DNA of 64,000 bases from Candidatus Eremiobacteria bacterium (GCA_963758295.1 CAVWUU010000001.1:608001-672000), one strand, 5' to 3'; shown: positions 1 through 10,252, counted from the first letter of the stretch. Notes: generated by a model not told the origin, from the sequence alone. Made by a program: numbers and translations.

Positions 1-26
1 AAGGGCGATAATACCAAAGTCGCGGC

Positions 27-431
27 TCATATCCAATATGATATTTTTAGAAAGACCCAAAGTGTGCACGCCGCAAGCAGCCAGTTGATTGCGTGTGCAG
101 TCCAGCAGTACGGGCAAGGCATTCTGGTAACACGGGCGAGCGAGTAGGCGAGAACCGCCGAAACGGCCGCTGCGAACGCGGAAGCCGCGACTAGGACGGC
201 CCAACCCCAGGCCGCCGGGCCGGCCAGCCAGACGCCGGCCGCCATCGCCGGGTAGTAGATCGCCCCGATGGCCGCATTCGGGGTACCGCCGAATAGCCGC
301 GCCCGCGGCGTTTCGACCACGCTCCGTTCCGTCAGCTCACCGCGTTCGGCTCGCCCGGTCTTCCTCAGCATGAAAAGGGAGACGTAGAGACCAACTCCGC
401 AAAGAACCGTGATCACTAATCGAACGACCAA
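27..431 (-). CDS. Vitamin K epoxide reductase (VKOR) family membrane protein
   Basis: Four hydrophobic segments, FGGTPNAAIG and a C-terminal CPYC redox motif. TTG start at 431 is preceded by GGAGG. Confidence 0.85.
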   Translation of the reverse strand: MVVRLVITVLCGVGLYVSLFMLRKTGRAERGELTERSVVETPRARLFGGTPNAAIGAIYYPAMAAGVWLAGPAAWGWAVLVAASAFAAAVSAVLAYSLARVTRMPCPYCWTAHAINWLLAACTLWVFLKISYWI

Positions 432-443
432 GCCTGCCTCCGC

Positions 444-1073
444 TTGAACCAAATCGTTAAACGCCTCGGGGCCCTCGCAATGCTCGCCGTGTCTTTTACG
501 CTGGCGGCGCTTGTCATTAAATTCCAGCCCCAGGTGGAGCACATGATTCGCACCATCGGGCCGTGGGCGTATCCGCTCGCGGTCTTGGTGTTCACGATCG
601 TAGCCTCCGCCCCGTTTTCCGTAACGGACGCGTTAGCAATTATGAATGGAGCGATTTTCGGGCCGGTCAACGGCTCGATAGTAAACGCGGTTGGACTCGT
701 GCTGGCAGCTTTGAGCGGATACTGGATCAACCGCCACGCCACGCATTTACTGGACTTGCCGGCGTATTTGGAACGGCTGCCGTCGTGGGTGAAGCGTTTC
801 CGGGTGGGATCGCCGCCCTTTCTGCTAGCGGTTCGCATCATCCCGGGGTTTGGAGGAACCGTCGCAACTGCAACCGCGGCGGCCTTTCGCGTCCCCGTCT
901 GGGTTCACGTGTGGACGATGTGCGCGATCGCGATCCCGGTCTGCACGCTGCTCGCCATCTTCGGCGACCGCGTGACCGTCGCCGTGCACTCGTACGAACA
1001 CCGCGTCCACGTTTATTGGGAACACCACCACCTTCACTTGCATCGTCATCCGAAAGTGACACCTACACCGTGA
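444..1073 (+). CDS. VTT/TVP38 (DedA-superfamily, SNARE-associated) membrane protein with His-rich tail
   Basis: Hydrophobic ORF with GAIFG..G and LAVRIIPG motifs. Its stop overlaps the next start (GTGA). Confidence 0.75.
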   Translation: MNQIVKRLGALAMLAVSFTLAALVIKFQPQVEHMIRTIGPWAYPLAVLVFTIVASAPFSVTDALAIMNGAIFGPVNGSIVNAVGLVLAALSGYWINRHATHLLDLPAYLERLPSWVKRFRVGSPPFLLAVRIIPGFGGTVATATAAAFRVPVWVHVWTMCAIAIPVCTLLAIFGDRVTVAVHSYEHRVHVYWEHHHLHLHRHPKVTPTP

Positions 1074-2257
1074 CCTTATCGACTCAAGACGTTCCGATGA
1101 TTGAAAATGCCGACGGGCTCGAAACGCTTTGTGCACGCGTGCGCTCGGCGCCGCGCGTGGCGATCGATACGGAATTCCACGCGGAGCGCACGTATGCGCC
1201 GCGTTTGATGGTGGTTCAGCTTGCGTTTGATGACGGCGCCGTAATCGTCGATCCGCTTGCGATTCCGGATTTGCGCCCGCTGCTTGGCGCTTTCGATGCA
1301 ACAACGGTGGTCGGACATGCGCTTTCGTCTGATTTGAAAATTTTCGCCGAGCGCTTCGACATGGTGCCGCCGAAGGTTTTCGACAGCCAAGTGGCGGCGG
1401 CGTTTCTCGGCTACGGCATGCAGATTTCACTGGCCGATCTCGTCCGCGATCTCGAAGGCGTGCGGCTCGCGAAGACGCAAACGGTCAGCGATTGGTCCAC
1501 GCGCCCGTTCAGCGCGCGCCAGATCGAGTATCTCGTTGACGACGTCGTGCATCTTTTGCCGATGTACGACAAACTGGTCGATCGGCTGAAGAATGCCGGG
1601 CGTTTGGAGTGGGCACTCGAGGAGTGCGCGTTGCAGGGCGATATCGAGCGGTATCGCGCCGACGAACGCCGGGCGTATCTCCGCATTCCCGGCGCCATGC
1701 GGATGAACCGGCGCGAGCTTGCCGTGCTTAGTGAAATCGTGAAGCTGCGCGACCGCATCGCGCGCGATCGCGACCTTCCGGTGAAGTACGTGATGCCCGA
1801 CGACGTCGTCTCCGGCCTTGCAACGCTCAAGCCGAAAGCGACCGGCGATTTGGAGCAGCTGCGGCGCTTGGATGCAGGCGCTCGGCGGCAATTGGGTACG
1901 TCGATCGTCGAGGCGGTGGCGCGCGCAATGGCGCTCCCCGACGAGGAGTTACCGCAGCGGCCGCAGCGGCCGTTGGGCCAGAACCGCGACACGCTGGCGT
2001 CGTTGATGGGCGTCGTCGTGGGCGAAATTGCCCGCATGAACGATTTGCCGCAAAGTTTGCTTGTGCCGCGCAATACGCTTGAACGCATCGCGCGCGAAGC
2101 TCCGCGCGACCGGCAGACCTTCGATGAAGCGCTGGACGTCTCGCCGTGGCGGCGTGAATTGGTTGGCGATCCGTTGTGGCGACTTTTGTCGGGCAGCTTG
2201 CATTTGCAAATCGAAGGCTACGCGCAAGGCGATCCCAAAATACGCCTATCGCCATGA
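1070..2257 (+). CDS. rnd: Ribonuclease D (3'-5' exonuclease + HRDC)
   Basis: AIDTEF, FDSQVAA, SDWSTRP and YLVDDV exonuclease motifs, followed by an HRDC-like region. Start is GTG 1070 (or ATG 1097). Confidence 0.9.
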   Translation: MTLSTQDVPMIENADGLETLCARVRSAPRVAIDTEFHAERTYAPRLMVVQLAFDDGAVIVDPLAIPDLRPLLGAFDATTVVGHALSSDLKIFAERFDMVPPKVFDSQVAAAFLGYGMQISLADLVRDLEGVRLAKTQTVSDWSTRPFSARQIEYLVDDVVHLLPMYDKLVDRLKNAGRLEWALEECALQGDIERYRADERRAYLRIPGAMRMNRRELAVLSEIVKLRDRIARDRDLPVKYVMPDDVVSGLATLKPKATGDLEQLRRLDAGARRQLGTSIVEAVARAMALPDEELPQRPQRPLGQNRDTLASLMGVVVGEIARMNDLPQSLLVPRNTLERIAREAPRDRQTFDEALDVSPWRRELVGDPLWRLLSGSLHLQIEGYAQGDPKIRLSP

Positions 2258-5001
2258 ATCAGCACGCGAATAGTTTCAACGCGGTCGACACGCTAGCCGT
2301 CGGCGATCGTTCTTACAAGTATTTCCGTCTCGACGCCCTAGAGCGGGCCGGCCTCACGAAGCTCAGCCGCCTGCCGTATAGCTTGAAGATTCTGCTTGAG
2401 AATCTGTTGCGTTCCGAAGACGGCCGTTCGGTCACGAAGACCGATGTTGAAGCACTTGCGCGCTGGAGCCCACGCGAAGCCTCCGACAAAGAAATCGCGT
2501 TCCGTCCGGCTCGCGTGCTGCTACAAGATTTCACGGGCGTTCCGTGCGTCGTCGATCTCGCTGCAATGCGCGACGCGATGGCCAAAATGGGCGGCGAAGC
2601 AAAAGCAATCAATCCGCTGCAACCCGTCGAACTTGTCGTCGACCATTCCGTGCAAATCGATTACTTCGGCAACAACGATGCGTTTCAGAAGAACGCCGAC
2701 CTCGAGTTCGAACGCAATCGCGAACGCTACGCGTTCTTGAAGTGGGGACAATCCGCACTAGACGGCTTCCGCGCCGTTCCGCCTGACACGGGCATCGTTC
2801 ACCAAGTAAATATCGAGTATCTTGCGCGCGTCATCTTCGGCGCCGGCGGCGCCGGCATTGCCTTTGACGACAAGAACGCGACGGCATATCCCGACACGGC
2901 GGTTGGCACCGATTCGCATACGACCATGGTCAACGGCGTTGGCGTGCTCGCGTGGGGCGTCGGCGGCATCGAGGCCGAAGCGGCCATGCTCGGCCAACCG
3001 GTAACGATGCTTATTCCCGAAGTCGTCGGCTTCCGTCTCGAAGGCAAACTGCGCGAAGGCGTTACCGCGACCGACCTCGTGCTGAAGATCACCGAAATCC
3101 TGCGGAAGAAGGGCGTCGTCGGCAAGTTCGTCGAGTTCTTCGGCAAGGGGCTCTCGCAGCTGCCGGTAGCAGATCGCACGACCATCGGCAACATGTCGCC
3201 GGAATTCGGATCGACGTGCGCAATCTTCCCCATCGACGATCGCACGCTGGAATATCTGCGCCTTACCGGCCGCGGCGCCGAACACATCGCGCTTGTCGAG
3301 CAGTACGCGCGGGCGCAAAGCCTTTTCCGCACCGACGACACGCCTGATGCGGAGTATTCTGATGTTCTCACGCTCGACCTCAGCGAAGTGGAACCCAATG
3401 TCGCGGGTCCGCGACGTCCGCAAGACCGCGTTTCGCTCAAAGACGTGAAGACGTCGTTCAACGCCGCGATGCAAGAATGGATGGGTGCTCGCGAAGGATC
3501 AAACGGTGCAGTTTCACGCTTCCAAGATGAAGGCGGCGGTCAAACCGCAACGGTTGCATTGACGGAAAAAGACGTTTCCGACGGCGCTGTCGTTATCGCT
3601 TCGATCACCAGCTGTACGAACACGTCGAATCCGTCCGTCCTTATCGGCGCAGGATTGCTCGCGCGCAACGCGGTCGCTCGCGGCCTAAAATCGAAGCCGT
3701 GGGTGAAGACGTCGCTCGCTCCGGGTTCCAAAGTCGTCAAAGATTATCTCGCCAAAGCGGGACTGCAAGATTCGCTCGATTCCCTCGGTTTCAACATCGT
3801 CGGCTACGGCTGCACGACCTGCATCGGCAACTCAGGGCCGCTTCCGGCCGATGTTTCGGAAACCGTTGCCGAACAGGATCTGATTGTCGCGGCGGTGCTC
3901 TCCGGCAATCGCAATTTCGAAGGCCGCATCCATCCGCAAGTTCGTGCCAACTACTTGGCGTCGCCGCCACTCGTCGTCGCCTATGCGCTGTGCGGACGCA
4001 TGGATCTCGATCTCACGACCGAGCCGCTCGGAACGGGCAGTGACGGTCAACCAGTGTATCTCAAGGACATCTGGCCGAGCAACGACGAGATCGCGAAGAC
4101 CGTCACCGAATGCGTCAACGACCAGATGTTCAAGGCGCGTTATTCCGACGTATTCAAGGGCGACGACAATTGGGCGAAGCTCAACGTCGCCAAGAGCGAG
4201 CGTTTCGACTGGGATCCGAAATCGGAATACGTCAAGCATCCGCCGTACTTTGAAAACATGCCGGAAGAGCCGGCCGCGCTAGCCGACATCAAGAACGCGC
4301 GTGCGCTTGCCGTCCTCGGTGATTCCGTAACGACCGATCACATTTCACCCGCCGGCAATATTGCGAAGTCGTCGCCCGCTGCGAAATATCTGATGGAACG
4401 CGGCATCGAACCGAAGGACTTCAACTCCTACGGTGCGCGGCGCGGCAACCATGAAGTCATGGTTCGCGGCACGTTCGCAAACGTGCGCCTGCGCAATCAC
4501 CTGGTACCGGGCGTCGAAGGCGGCGTTACGCGTCACTTGCCGACGAACGAAAAGATGTCGATCTTCGATGCTTCAACGAAGTATCAAGCCGAAGGAGCGC
4601 CGCTGATCGTTCTCGCCGGAAAAGAATACGGATCAGGTTCGTCGCGCGACTGGGCCGCCAAGGGTCCGTATCTTCTCGGCATTAAGGCCGTGATTGCGGA
4701 ATCGTTCGAACGCATTCACCGCAGCAACTTGATCGGCATGGGCATTCTGCCATTGCAGTTCATGGACGGCGCCGATCGTTCGACGTACGCGTTGACCGGT
4801 GAAGAGCTCTTCGACATCACGGGCATTGAAGGCGGTATCACGCCACGCATGCACGCGACGGTGAAAGCGACTGACGTTAAGACCGGTAAGGCACTGCAGT
4901 TCAAGGCGCTCGTGCGCATCGATACGCCGGACGAAGCCGAGTACTACCGCCACGGCGGAATCCTCCAATACGTGCTGCGTCAACTCCGCAAGAAAGCTTA
5001 A
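2254..5001 (+). CDS. acnA: Aconitate hydratase AcnA
   Basis: [32 protein letters not shown] and [12 protein letters not shown] motifs. ATG 2254 overlaps the rnd stop. Confidence 0.97.
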   Translation: MNQHANSFNAVDTLAVGDRSYKYFRLDALERAGLTKLSRLPYSLKILLENLLRSEDGRSVTKTDVEALARWSPREASDKEIAFRPARVLLQDFTGVPCVVDLAAMRDAMAKMGGEAKAINPLQPVELVVDHSVQIDYFGNNDAFQKNADLEFERNRERYAFLKWGQSALDGFRAVPPDTGIVHQVNIEYLARVIFGAGGAGIAFDDKNATAYPDTAVGTDSHTTMVNGVGVLAWGVGGIEAEAAMLGQPVTMLIPEVVGFRLEGKLREGVTATDLVLKITEILRKKGVVGKFVEFFGKGLSQLPVADRTTIGNMSPEFGSTCAIFPIDDRTLEYLRLTGRGAEHIALVEQYARAQSLFRTDDTPDAEYSDVLTLDLSEVEPNVAGPRRPQDRVSLKDVKTSFNAAMQEWMGAREGSNGAVSRFQDEGGGQTATVALTEKDVSDGAVVIASITSCTNTSNPSVLIGAGLLARNAVARGLKSKPWVKTSLAPGSKVVKDYLAKAGLQDSLDSLGFNIVGYGCTTCIGNSGPLPADVSETVAEQDLIVAAVLSGNRNFEGRIHPQVRANYLASPPLVVAYALCGRMDLDLTTEPLGTGSDGQPVYLKDIWPSNDEIAKTVTECVNDQMFKARYSDVFKGDDNWAKLNVAKSERFDWDPKSEYVKHPPYFENMPEEPAALADIKNARALAVLGDSVTTDHISPAGNIAKSSPAAKYLMERGIEPKDFNSYGARRGNHEVMVRGTFANVRLRNHLVPGVEGGVTRHLPTNEKMSIFDASTKYQAEGAPLIVLAGKEYGSGSSRDWAAKGPYLLGIKAVIAESFERIHRSNLIGMGILPLQFMDGADRSTYALTGEELFDITGIEGGITPRMHATVKATDVKTGKALQFKALVRIDTPDEAEYYRHGGILQYVLRQLRKKA

Positions 5002-5016
5002 CGCCGCCTCACCATG

Positions 5017-5050
5017 CAGGCTGGGCCACTGACGTGGCCCAACGCCTGTT
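5017..5050 (+). terminator. Hairpin after acnA (possible intrinsic terminator)
   Basis: CAGGC-TGGGCCAC/GTGGCCCA-GCCTG inverted repeat with a weak U-tract. Confidence 0.4.
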
Positions 5051-5079
5051 GATCAGGATGACGCTTCGGACAACGCGAC

Positions 5080-5766
5080 ATGGTGACGAGTATGCATAAA
5101 GAGACGATGCGGGACGAGCGACTGGTGCATCGCATCGAAGCGTTTTCCGATTTGGTAATGGGATTTAGTCTTGCTTTGTTGGCCGTGACGCTTGTTGTCC
5201 CGGAGCACGCAAGAGACTTGTTCGCTCATCCGTTTTGGCTGGCGACGTATTTTTGGACGTTCGGGGTCATCGCTTCGATTTGGTTCAACCACCAGCGCCT
5301 TTTTTCGCTCTATTTTCAGCCCACCCGGCTTTCGATTTTTCTGAATTTCGTGCTGTTGTCGATGCTCGGCTTGATTGTCTTCTTCGTCCAAGCCTTCGGA
5401 AGACTCCACGTCGACGAAGAGCGGGCGGTTACGTTCGTAGCGTACTTTGTAACACTTGGCGTCGCCGTATTGATCCTGGGCGTGCTTTACGTGGTGGGAA
5501 TCTATTGGCGCCACGCGCATCTAAGCGAAAAGGAACGGCACGACGGCATTCGTTACGGCCTTCGCGGCCTGATTGTAGGCGCAATGCTGCTGGTCGGCTC
5601 GTTTTTTGCGGCGCATGTTGGGGGTTCGCCGTCGATGAACGCAAGCTATCCGCTTCTGATAGCCGCGGCCATTGCGGCCGTTGCTAACCGGCTGATCTTC
5701 TCTCGTTTCAAGGAACGGATAGACGCGTTCTTTTGCCGAAACACGCCGGCCGACCATCATGCTTGA
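5080..5766 (+). CDS. TMEM175-family channel (divergent pore helix)
   Basis: RIEAFSD signature, YFWTF..I..IW..H and N..LL motifs, six TM-like segments. Confidence 0.85.
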   Translation: MVTSMHKETMRDERLVHRIEAFSDLVMGFSLALLAVTLVVPEHARDLFAHPFWLATYFWTFGVIASIWFNHQRLFSLYFQPTRLSIFLNFVLLSMLGLIVFFVQAFGRLHVDEERAVTFVAYFVTLGVAVLILGVLYVVGIYWRHAHLSEKERHDGIRYGLRGLIVGAMLLVGSFFAAHVGGSPSMNASYPLLIAAAIAAVANRLIFSRFKERIDAFFCRNTPADHHA

Positions 5767-6898
5767 ACCGGAGGACCATGCGCGTTTAGACGCGCTGTAC
5801 GAACGGATGAGCGCAGCGAATGGCGTTTCGCTAGGCTATCCGTCAGCCAAAGACTTCGATTACGACGCACTCGAACGCTTTCTTGAATTTCCCGTAAACA
5901 ATGTCGGCGATCCGTTTGCGGATGGAACGTATCGCGTTGAAACCCGAGAGTTCGAACGCGAAGTCGTGGAGTTTTTCGCGGACATCTACCGGGCGCCGCA
6001 AGACGATTGGTGGGGATACGTAACGAACGGCGGCACCGAGGGTAACCTGTACGGGCTTTACCTTGCGCGTGAACTGCTGCCCAACGGCATGGTTTATTAT
6101 TCGGAGCAAACGCACTATAGCGTTGCCAAGAATCTCCATTTTCTCAACATGCGGCACATTACGATCCGCTCGCAACCGAGCGGCGAGATCGATTACGAGG
6201 ATCTTCGCGAGACCCTGAAGATCCATCGCGACGTTCCGCCGATCATCTTTGCGAATATAGGCACCACGATGACGGAAGCCCGGGACGACGTCGGCCGCAT
6301 CATTGAAATCATGGACAGCCTCGCCATCCGCCAGCGCTACGTGCATTCGGATGCAGCCCTCTCCGGTGCCTACGCGGCGTTCCTGAATCCGCGCCCGTCG
6401 TACGATTTTGCCGACGGTGCGGACTCGATTGCGGTTAGCGGGCACAAATTTTTAGGGGCGCCGATTCCGTGCGGCGTGGTCGTCGCCCGCAAGCACAACG
6501 TGCAGCGTATCGCTCGCGCAATCGACTACATCGGCAATTTGGACACTACGATTAGCGGGTCGCGTAACGGCGTAACGCCGCTTATGCTGTGGTATCGCCT
6601 CCGAGAACTCGGTGTGAACGGCGTGAAGCGCCGCCTGGAACACTCGTTGGCGCTCGCCGAATATTTGGAAACCAAGCTGCGTGACGCGGGAATCGAAGCG
6701 TGGCGTAATCCCAATGCGATCACCGTCGTGTTTGCCCGCGTGAACGAAGCGATTCGGGCCAAGTGGCAGATCGCGACCGCCGGCTCGATCTCGCATGCGA
6801 TCGTCCTACCGAACGTTACGCGCGAACAGATCCGCGCATTTATCGACGACATGGCCGCCGAACGAAAGAAGGAAGCCGCGTGCGAAATATCCGGGTAA
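5759..6898 (+). CDS. hdc: PLP-dependent histidine decarboxylase (group II decarboxylase)
   Basis: GYP..DFDY, WGYVTNGGTEGN, HSDAALSG, SGHKF (PLP lysine) and GSRNG.TPL motifs of Morganella-type HDC. Serine decarboxylase is not excluded. Confidence 0.85.
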   Translation: MLEPEDHARLDALYERMSAANGVSLGYPSAKDFDYDALERFLEFPVNNVGDPFADGTYRVETREFEREVVEFFADIYRAPQDDWWGYVTNGGTEGNLYGLYLARELLPNGMVYYSEQTHYSVAKNLHFLNMRHITIRSQPSGEIDYEDLRETLKIHRDVPPIIFANIGTTMTEARDDVGRIIEIMDSLAIRQRYVHSDAALSGAYAAFLNPRPSYDFADGADSIAVSGHKFLGAPIPCGVVVARKHNVQRIARAIDYIGNLDTTISGSRNGVTPLMLWYRLRELGVNGVKRRLEHSLALAEYLETKLRDAGIEAWRNPNAITVVFARVNEAIRAKWQIATAGSISHAIVLPNVTREQIRAFIDDMAAERKKEAACEISG

Positions 6899-7269
6899 TC
6901 GTTCCGAATCGCCCAGGCCTATTGGCCGAACTAACGGAGCTTCTCGCCGCACATGCCATCAGCATCGAGCGAATCGTCGTCGAAACGCACGGAAACGGCG
7001 CGCTGGTGCGAATGGCGGTTGAACGCGAAGACGAAGCGTTGAAGATTCTCACCGACTCGGGATACGAATCGGTTTCCGACGACGTGCTGCTCGCACGTAT
7101 CGACGATCAGCCCGGCGCGCTTGCCCGGCTTTCCCGCCTCCTCGGCGATGCGAATTTGAATATTCGATCCATGCATCACGTGCGCCGTGAAGATGGCGAA
7201 GCGCTCGTTGCAATCAGTACCGACGACAACGAACGCGCCCGTTCGCTTATTGGGTCCGCGGCTCTCTAG
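6880..7269 (+). CDS. Tandem ACT-domain protein
   Basis: Two ACT repeats (NRPGLLAEL and DQPGALARL...NLNI). GTG 6880 lies inside the hdc 3' end. Confidence 0.85.
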   Translation: MRNIRVIVPNRPGLLAELTELLAAHAISIERIVVETHGNGALVRMAVEREDEALKILTDSGYESVSDDVLLARIDDQPGALARLSRLLGDANLNIRSMHHVRREDGEALVAISTDDNERARSLIGSAAL

Positions 7270-7383
7270 ACGTTTCGCAAGCGCCCACAGTGCTTGAAAC
7301 CGCAAATGAGCCGCGAAGTCTTGTTCGCTGCGATGGCGGCTATGCTGAGCGCGTAGCGAAGGATTTACTTCATAGCAGCGGCC

Positions 7384-7794
7384 CTACGGCGCGGTGATCA
7401 TCCACTCGATGCCGAACTTGTCGGCAATCATCCCGAAGCGTCCGCCCCAAAACGCGTCTGCAAGCGGCATCTTTACTTCGCCCCCTTGCGAGAGTGCTTG
7501 GAACACGCGATCCGCTTCGCCCTTATCTTCGAAGCCAAGCGAGAGCGAAATGTTGCCCTCGTCAGGATCGACCGCTTTTTCGTCGCGGCCGTCGGAGGCC
7601 ATGAAGGCGAAGCCCGGGCCTTTGAACGACGCGTGCATCACTTTATTGCCGGCTTCCGGAGCAACCGGCATGTCGGGCATAGGCGGCGCATCCTTCATCC
7701 GCGTGATTTCGAACGTTCCGCCCAACGCGCTCTTGTAGAATTCCAATGCTTCTTCGCAGCGGCCGTAAAAGAAGATGTAGGGTTCCAGTTGCAT
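7384..7794 (-). CDS. VOC family protein (PhnB/YjdN-like)
   Basis: PYIFF.G.CEEALEFY, VMHA and FWG.RFGM..DKFGIEW motifs. Confidence 0.92.
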   Translation of the reverse strand: MQLEPYIFFYGRCEEALEFYKSALGGTFEITRMKDAPPMPDMPVAPEAGNKVMHASFKGPGFAFMASDGRDEKAVDPDEGNISLSLGFEDKGEADRVFQALSQGGEVKMPLADAFWGGRFGMIADKFGIEWMITAP

Positions 7795-7819
7795 CTCAAG
7801 GTCCTTTTTAGAGAAAGAG

Positions 7820-8188
7820 TTACTTGCGGCGGTGGAGAGCAAAATTATTGCCTTCGCTATCGTCGCACCACGCCATATTGCAAACCGGTGTTTCGGTGAC
7901 GTCGCCGTGGACCGTGATGCCGGCGTCGCGCAGGGTTTTGGCGGCCGCGTAAACATCGCCGACCGCAAACATTGCGCCACCAGTGGGATACCATTGGTCG
8001 CCGGGAAGTTTCGCTAAGGCAAACGTGGCGCCGTCGGGCAGTTCGAATTCGACCCAGTTGTCTCCCTCGGTTGAAGCTTGTAAACCCAACGTATTTTCAT
8101 AGAAACGCCTTGCGCGGGCAAAGTCCTTAGCTAAGTAACACACGCAATCGATGCCCGTAGCAACGATCGGTGCCGTTCCGGTAGGCAT
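7820..8188 (-). CDS. VOC/glyoxalase family protein
   Basis: DFARARRFYENTLGL, WVEF and DSEGN motifs. GAGG precedes ATG 8188. Confidence 0.9.
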   Translation of the reverse strand: MPTGTAPIVATGIDCVCYLAKDFARARRFYENTLGLQASTEGDNWVEFELPDGATFALAKLPGDQWYPTGGAMFAVGDVYAAAKTLRDAGITVHGDVTETPVCNMAWCDDSEGNNFALHRRK

Positions 8189-8246
8189 AGCGCATTCATC
8201 CTCTCGATTGTGAGTTTGGCTATGTATCAAATCTAAACCATAATAG

Positions 8247-8275
8247 TTGACATCTACTGTCATATTTGCCACGCT
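8247..8275 (+). promoter_or_regulatory. Sigma70 promoter of the WYL gene overlapping a TGACA-N5-TGTCA palindrome (putative WYL operator)
   Basis: TTGACA 8247-8252, 17-nt spacer, TGn-CACGCT 8267-8275, ATG 7 nt later. Palindrome spans 8248-8262. Confidence 0.6.
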
Positions 8276-8282
8276 GTTTTGC

Positions 8283-9233
8283 ATGAAGGCCGATCGTTTG
8301 ATGGCGCTGCTGCTCATGCTCCAGTCGTCTTCACGTAGAACGGCGCGCGAGCTTGCTGTTGCGCTGGAAGTCTCCGAACGGACGATCTATCGCGACGTAG
8401 ACGCGCTCTCCGCCGCCGGCGTTCCGGTCTATACCGAACGCGGCGTCGAGGGCGGCATTGCGCTTGCCGAGGGGTATCGAAAAGCGCTCATGCATTTCGG
8501 CGAGGACGAAGTGCGAGCGCTCTTCACTACGGGCTCTTCGGTCCTAGCCGATTTAGGTTTGAGCGGTCAGTTCGATCGCGCGCTCGATAAATTGCGCGGC
8601 GGCTTTTCCGAGTCCCAGCGTCATGCGGCCGAGCACGTTCGCGGGCGCGTACACATCGATCAGCGGCGTTGGAACCAGGGTGATCCGCCGGTCGAAAAAC
8701 TTGCGCTGTTACGCCGTGCCGTTTGGGACGACCGGTGCGTCACGATTACGTATCACGATCGCCATCGAACGGCGAGCACGCGGCGCGCCGATCCGCTCGG
8801 CCTCGTTTCTAAAGCCGGCGTCTGGTATCTGGTCGCGCTCACCTCGGAGGGGCATCGAACGTTTCGCATCGACCGCATCTTGGACGTTTCCGAACTCGAC
8901 GAACGTTTCGTGCGGCCCGCGGATTTCGATCTGGACCGGCATTGGCGCGAAATGATGCAGCGCTTCGAAAAGGAACAAGGCCCCGGCTATCCCATAATCG
9001 TTCGCGTCGCCCGCGAAAAGATCGATGATGTTACGAACTACTGGCCGTGGGAAATGGTCGAAGACGGCGACCCTTCAACACTAAAGATTCGGTTCGGGAG
9101 TTCGGAGGCGGCGATGCACTATCTTGTAGCGGCCGGCAACGACGTCGCGTTAGTTGAGCCGCTGGAACTGTGCGCAAGACTTTGCGAACGAGCGCAGCAA
9201 GTGCTCGAGCTTTACGGCGCCGTTACCTTGTAG
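8283..9233 (+). CDS. YafY/PafBC-like HTH-WYL-WCX transcriptional regulator
   Basis: N-terminal HTH (VSERTIYRDVDAL) and WYL domain (GVWYLVA, RTFRIDRI). Confidence 0.95.
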   Translation: MKADRLMALLLMLQSSSRRTARELAVALEVSERTIYRDVDALSAAGVPVYTERGVEGGIALAEGYRKALMHFGEDEVRALFTTGSSVLADLGLSGQFDRALDKLRGGFSESQRHAAEHVRGRVHIDQRRWNQGDPPVEKLALLRRAVWDDRCVTITYHDRHRTASTRRADPLGLVSKAGVWYLVALTSEGHRTFRIDRILDVSELDERFVRPADFDLDRHWREMMQRFEKEQGPGYPIIVRVAREKIDDVTNYWPWEMVEDGDPSTLKIRFGSSEAAMHYLVAAGNDVALVEPLELCARLCERAQQVLELYGAVTL

Positions 9234-10243
9234 CAATTTTTGCCGGCTGCTTTGGCCTGATAGACGGCCGCATCGGCCCTTACAATCAAGGTTTGGGCGT
9301 CCATCGGATTTTGCGCGAAGGCGACGCCGATCGAGCAACTGAGTGAATGTGCGGCCAGCGCGCGATAGATTCGCGCCATAACCGTGGCGATCGCCTTTTC
9401 GTCGCTGCGAGGCATGACCAGTGAGAACTCGTCGCCGGCAAAGCGCGCCGGAACGTCGGTTTCGCGCGTTTCAGTGCGAAGAATGTGCGCGATGCGTTTC
9501 AGCGCTTCGTCGCCGCCCGCGTGACCGTTCGTATCGTTGATGCGCTTGAAGTCATCGACGTCGATCATCGCAAAGGCCACCGGCTCGGCCGTTCGCCGGG
9601 CGCGCGCAAGTTCGGTATCAAGACGCTGCATGAGCGCGCGCCGGTTCAAGAGGCCGGTGAGCGGATCGTGCATCGCTAGCCGCTCGAGTTCGCTCGAGAG
9701 GCGCATTCGCTCGAGCGCGAACGCGGCTTGCGTGGCCAACTCTTGCAGCGAGGCCACGCTCCATGCCGAGGCGGCACGTTCGCTCGAACCGTCGACGTAA
9801 AGCAGGAACGATGCGCCGCTTTTGGGCCGCACGGCCGCGGCCGCGTAACGGCGACGGGTGTCGAAGAGCGGAGCATCGGGATCACCGGCCCAGCCGGTTG
9901 CCACATCGCTGTCGCCGCACGTGATGCGGTAGAGCGACGTCGTTTCGGGGAGCGTGCCCCCGTACTCCGATTCCATGACCGCATCGCCGTCGAGCTCGTA
10001 GAGCGCCGAGATCTCTTGGCTGTCGTCGACGCGAAACCACAGCGCTCGCGAGAACCCGAGGCCGAGCCACGCGCCGCGCAACGCGGCAGCGGCCAGCGAT
10101 GGTTCATCGCTCGCCGCCACGATGTCTACGAAAGAGCGCTGCAGCATTTCGAGCCGTTGGCTCTTAACCAACAGCTCGTCGCGCTCGCGTTCGGCCTCTG
10201 CGACGCGTTCGCTAAGGAACGCTATCGGATCGCCGCCGTCCAT
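9212..10243 (-). CDS. Diguanylate cyclase (GAF-like + GGDEF domain, AGDEF variant)
   Basis: DPLTGLLNRR, IDVDDFKRIND..GH..GD, RETD I-site, RFAGDEF, AKAAGKN. Confidence 0.92.
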   Translation of the reverse strand: MDGGDPIAFLSERVAEAERERDELLVKSQRLEMLQRSFVDIVAASDEPSLAAAALRGAWLGLGFSRALWFRVDDSQEISALYELDGDAVMESEYGGTLPETTSLYRITCGDSDVATGWAGDPDAPLFDTRRRYAAAAVRPKSGASFLLYVDGSSERAASAWSVASLQELATQAAFALERMRLSSELERLAMHDPLTGLLNRRALMQRLDTELARARRTAEPVAFAMIDVDDFKRINDTNGHAGGDEALKRIAHILRTETRETDVPARFAGDEFSLVMPRSDEKAIATVMARIYRALAAHSLSCSIGVAFAQNPMDAQTLIVRADAAVYQAKAAGKNCYKVTAP

Positions 10244-10252
10244 TAAGGACCG

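Noticed and set aside
563..1069. N-terminal extension of the RNase D ORF (also the long starts given for acnA, the SDR, the serine hydrolase and DUF202)
   Set aside because: They overlap upstream genes in another frame; better starts exist at stop/start overlaps or after an SD.
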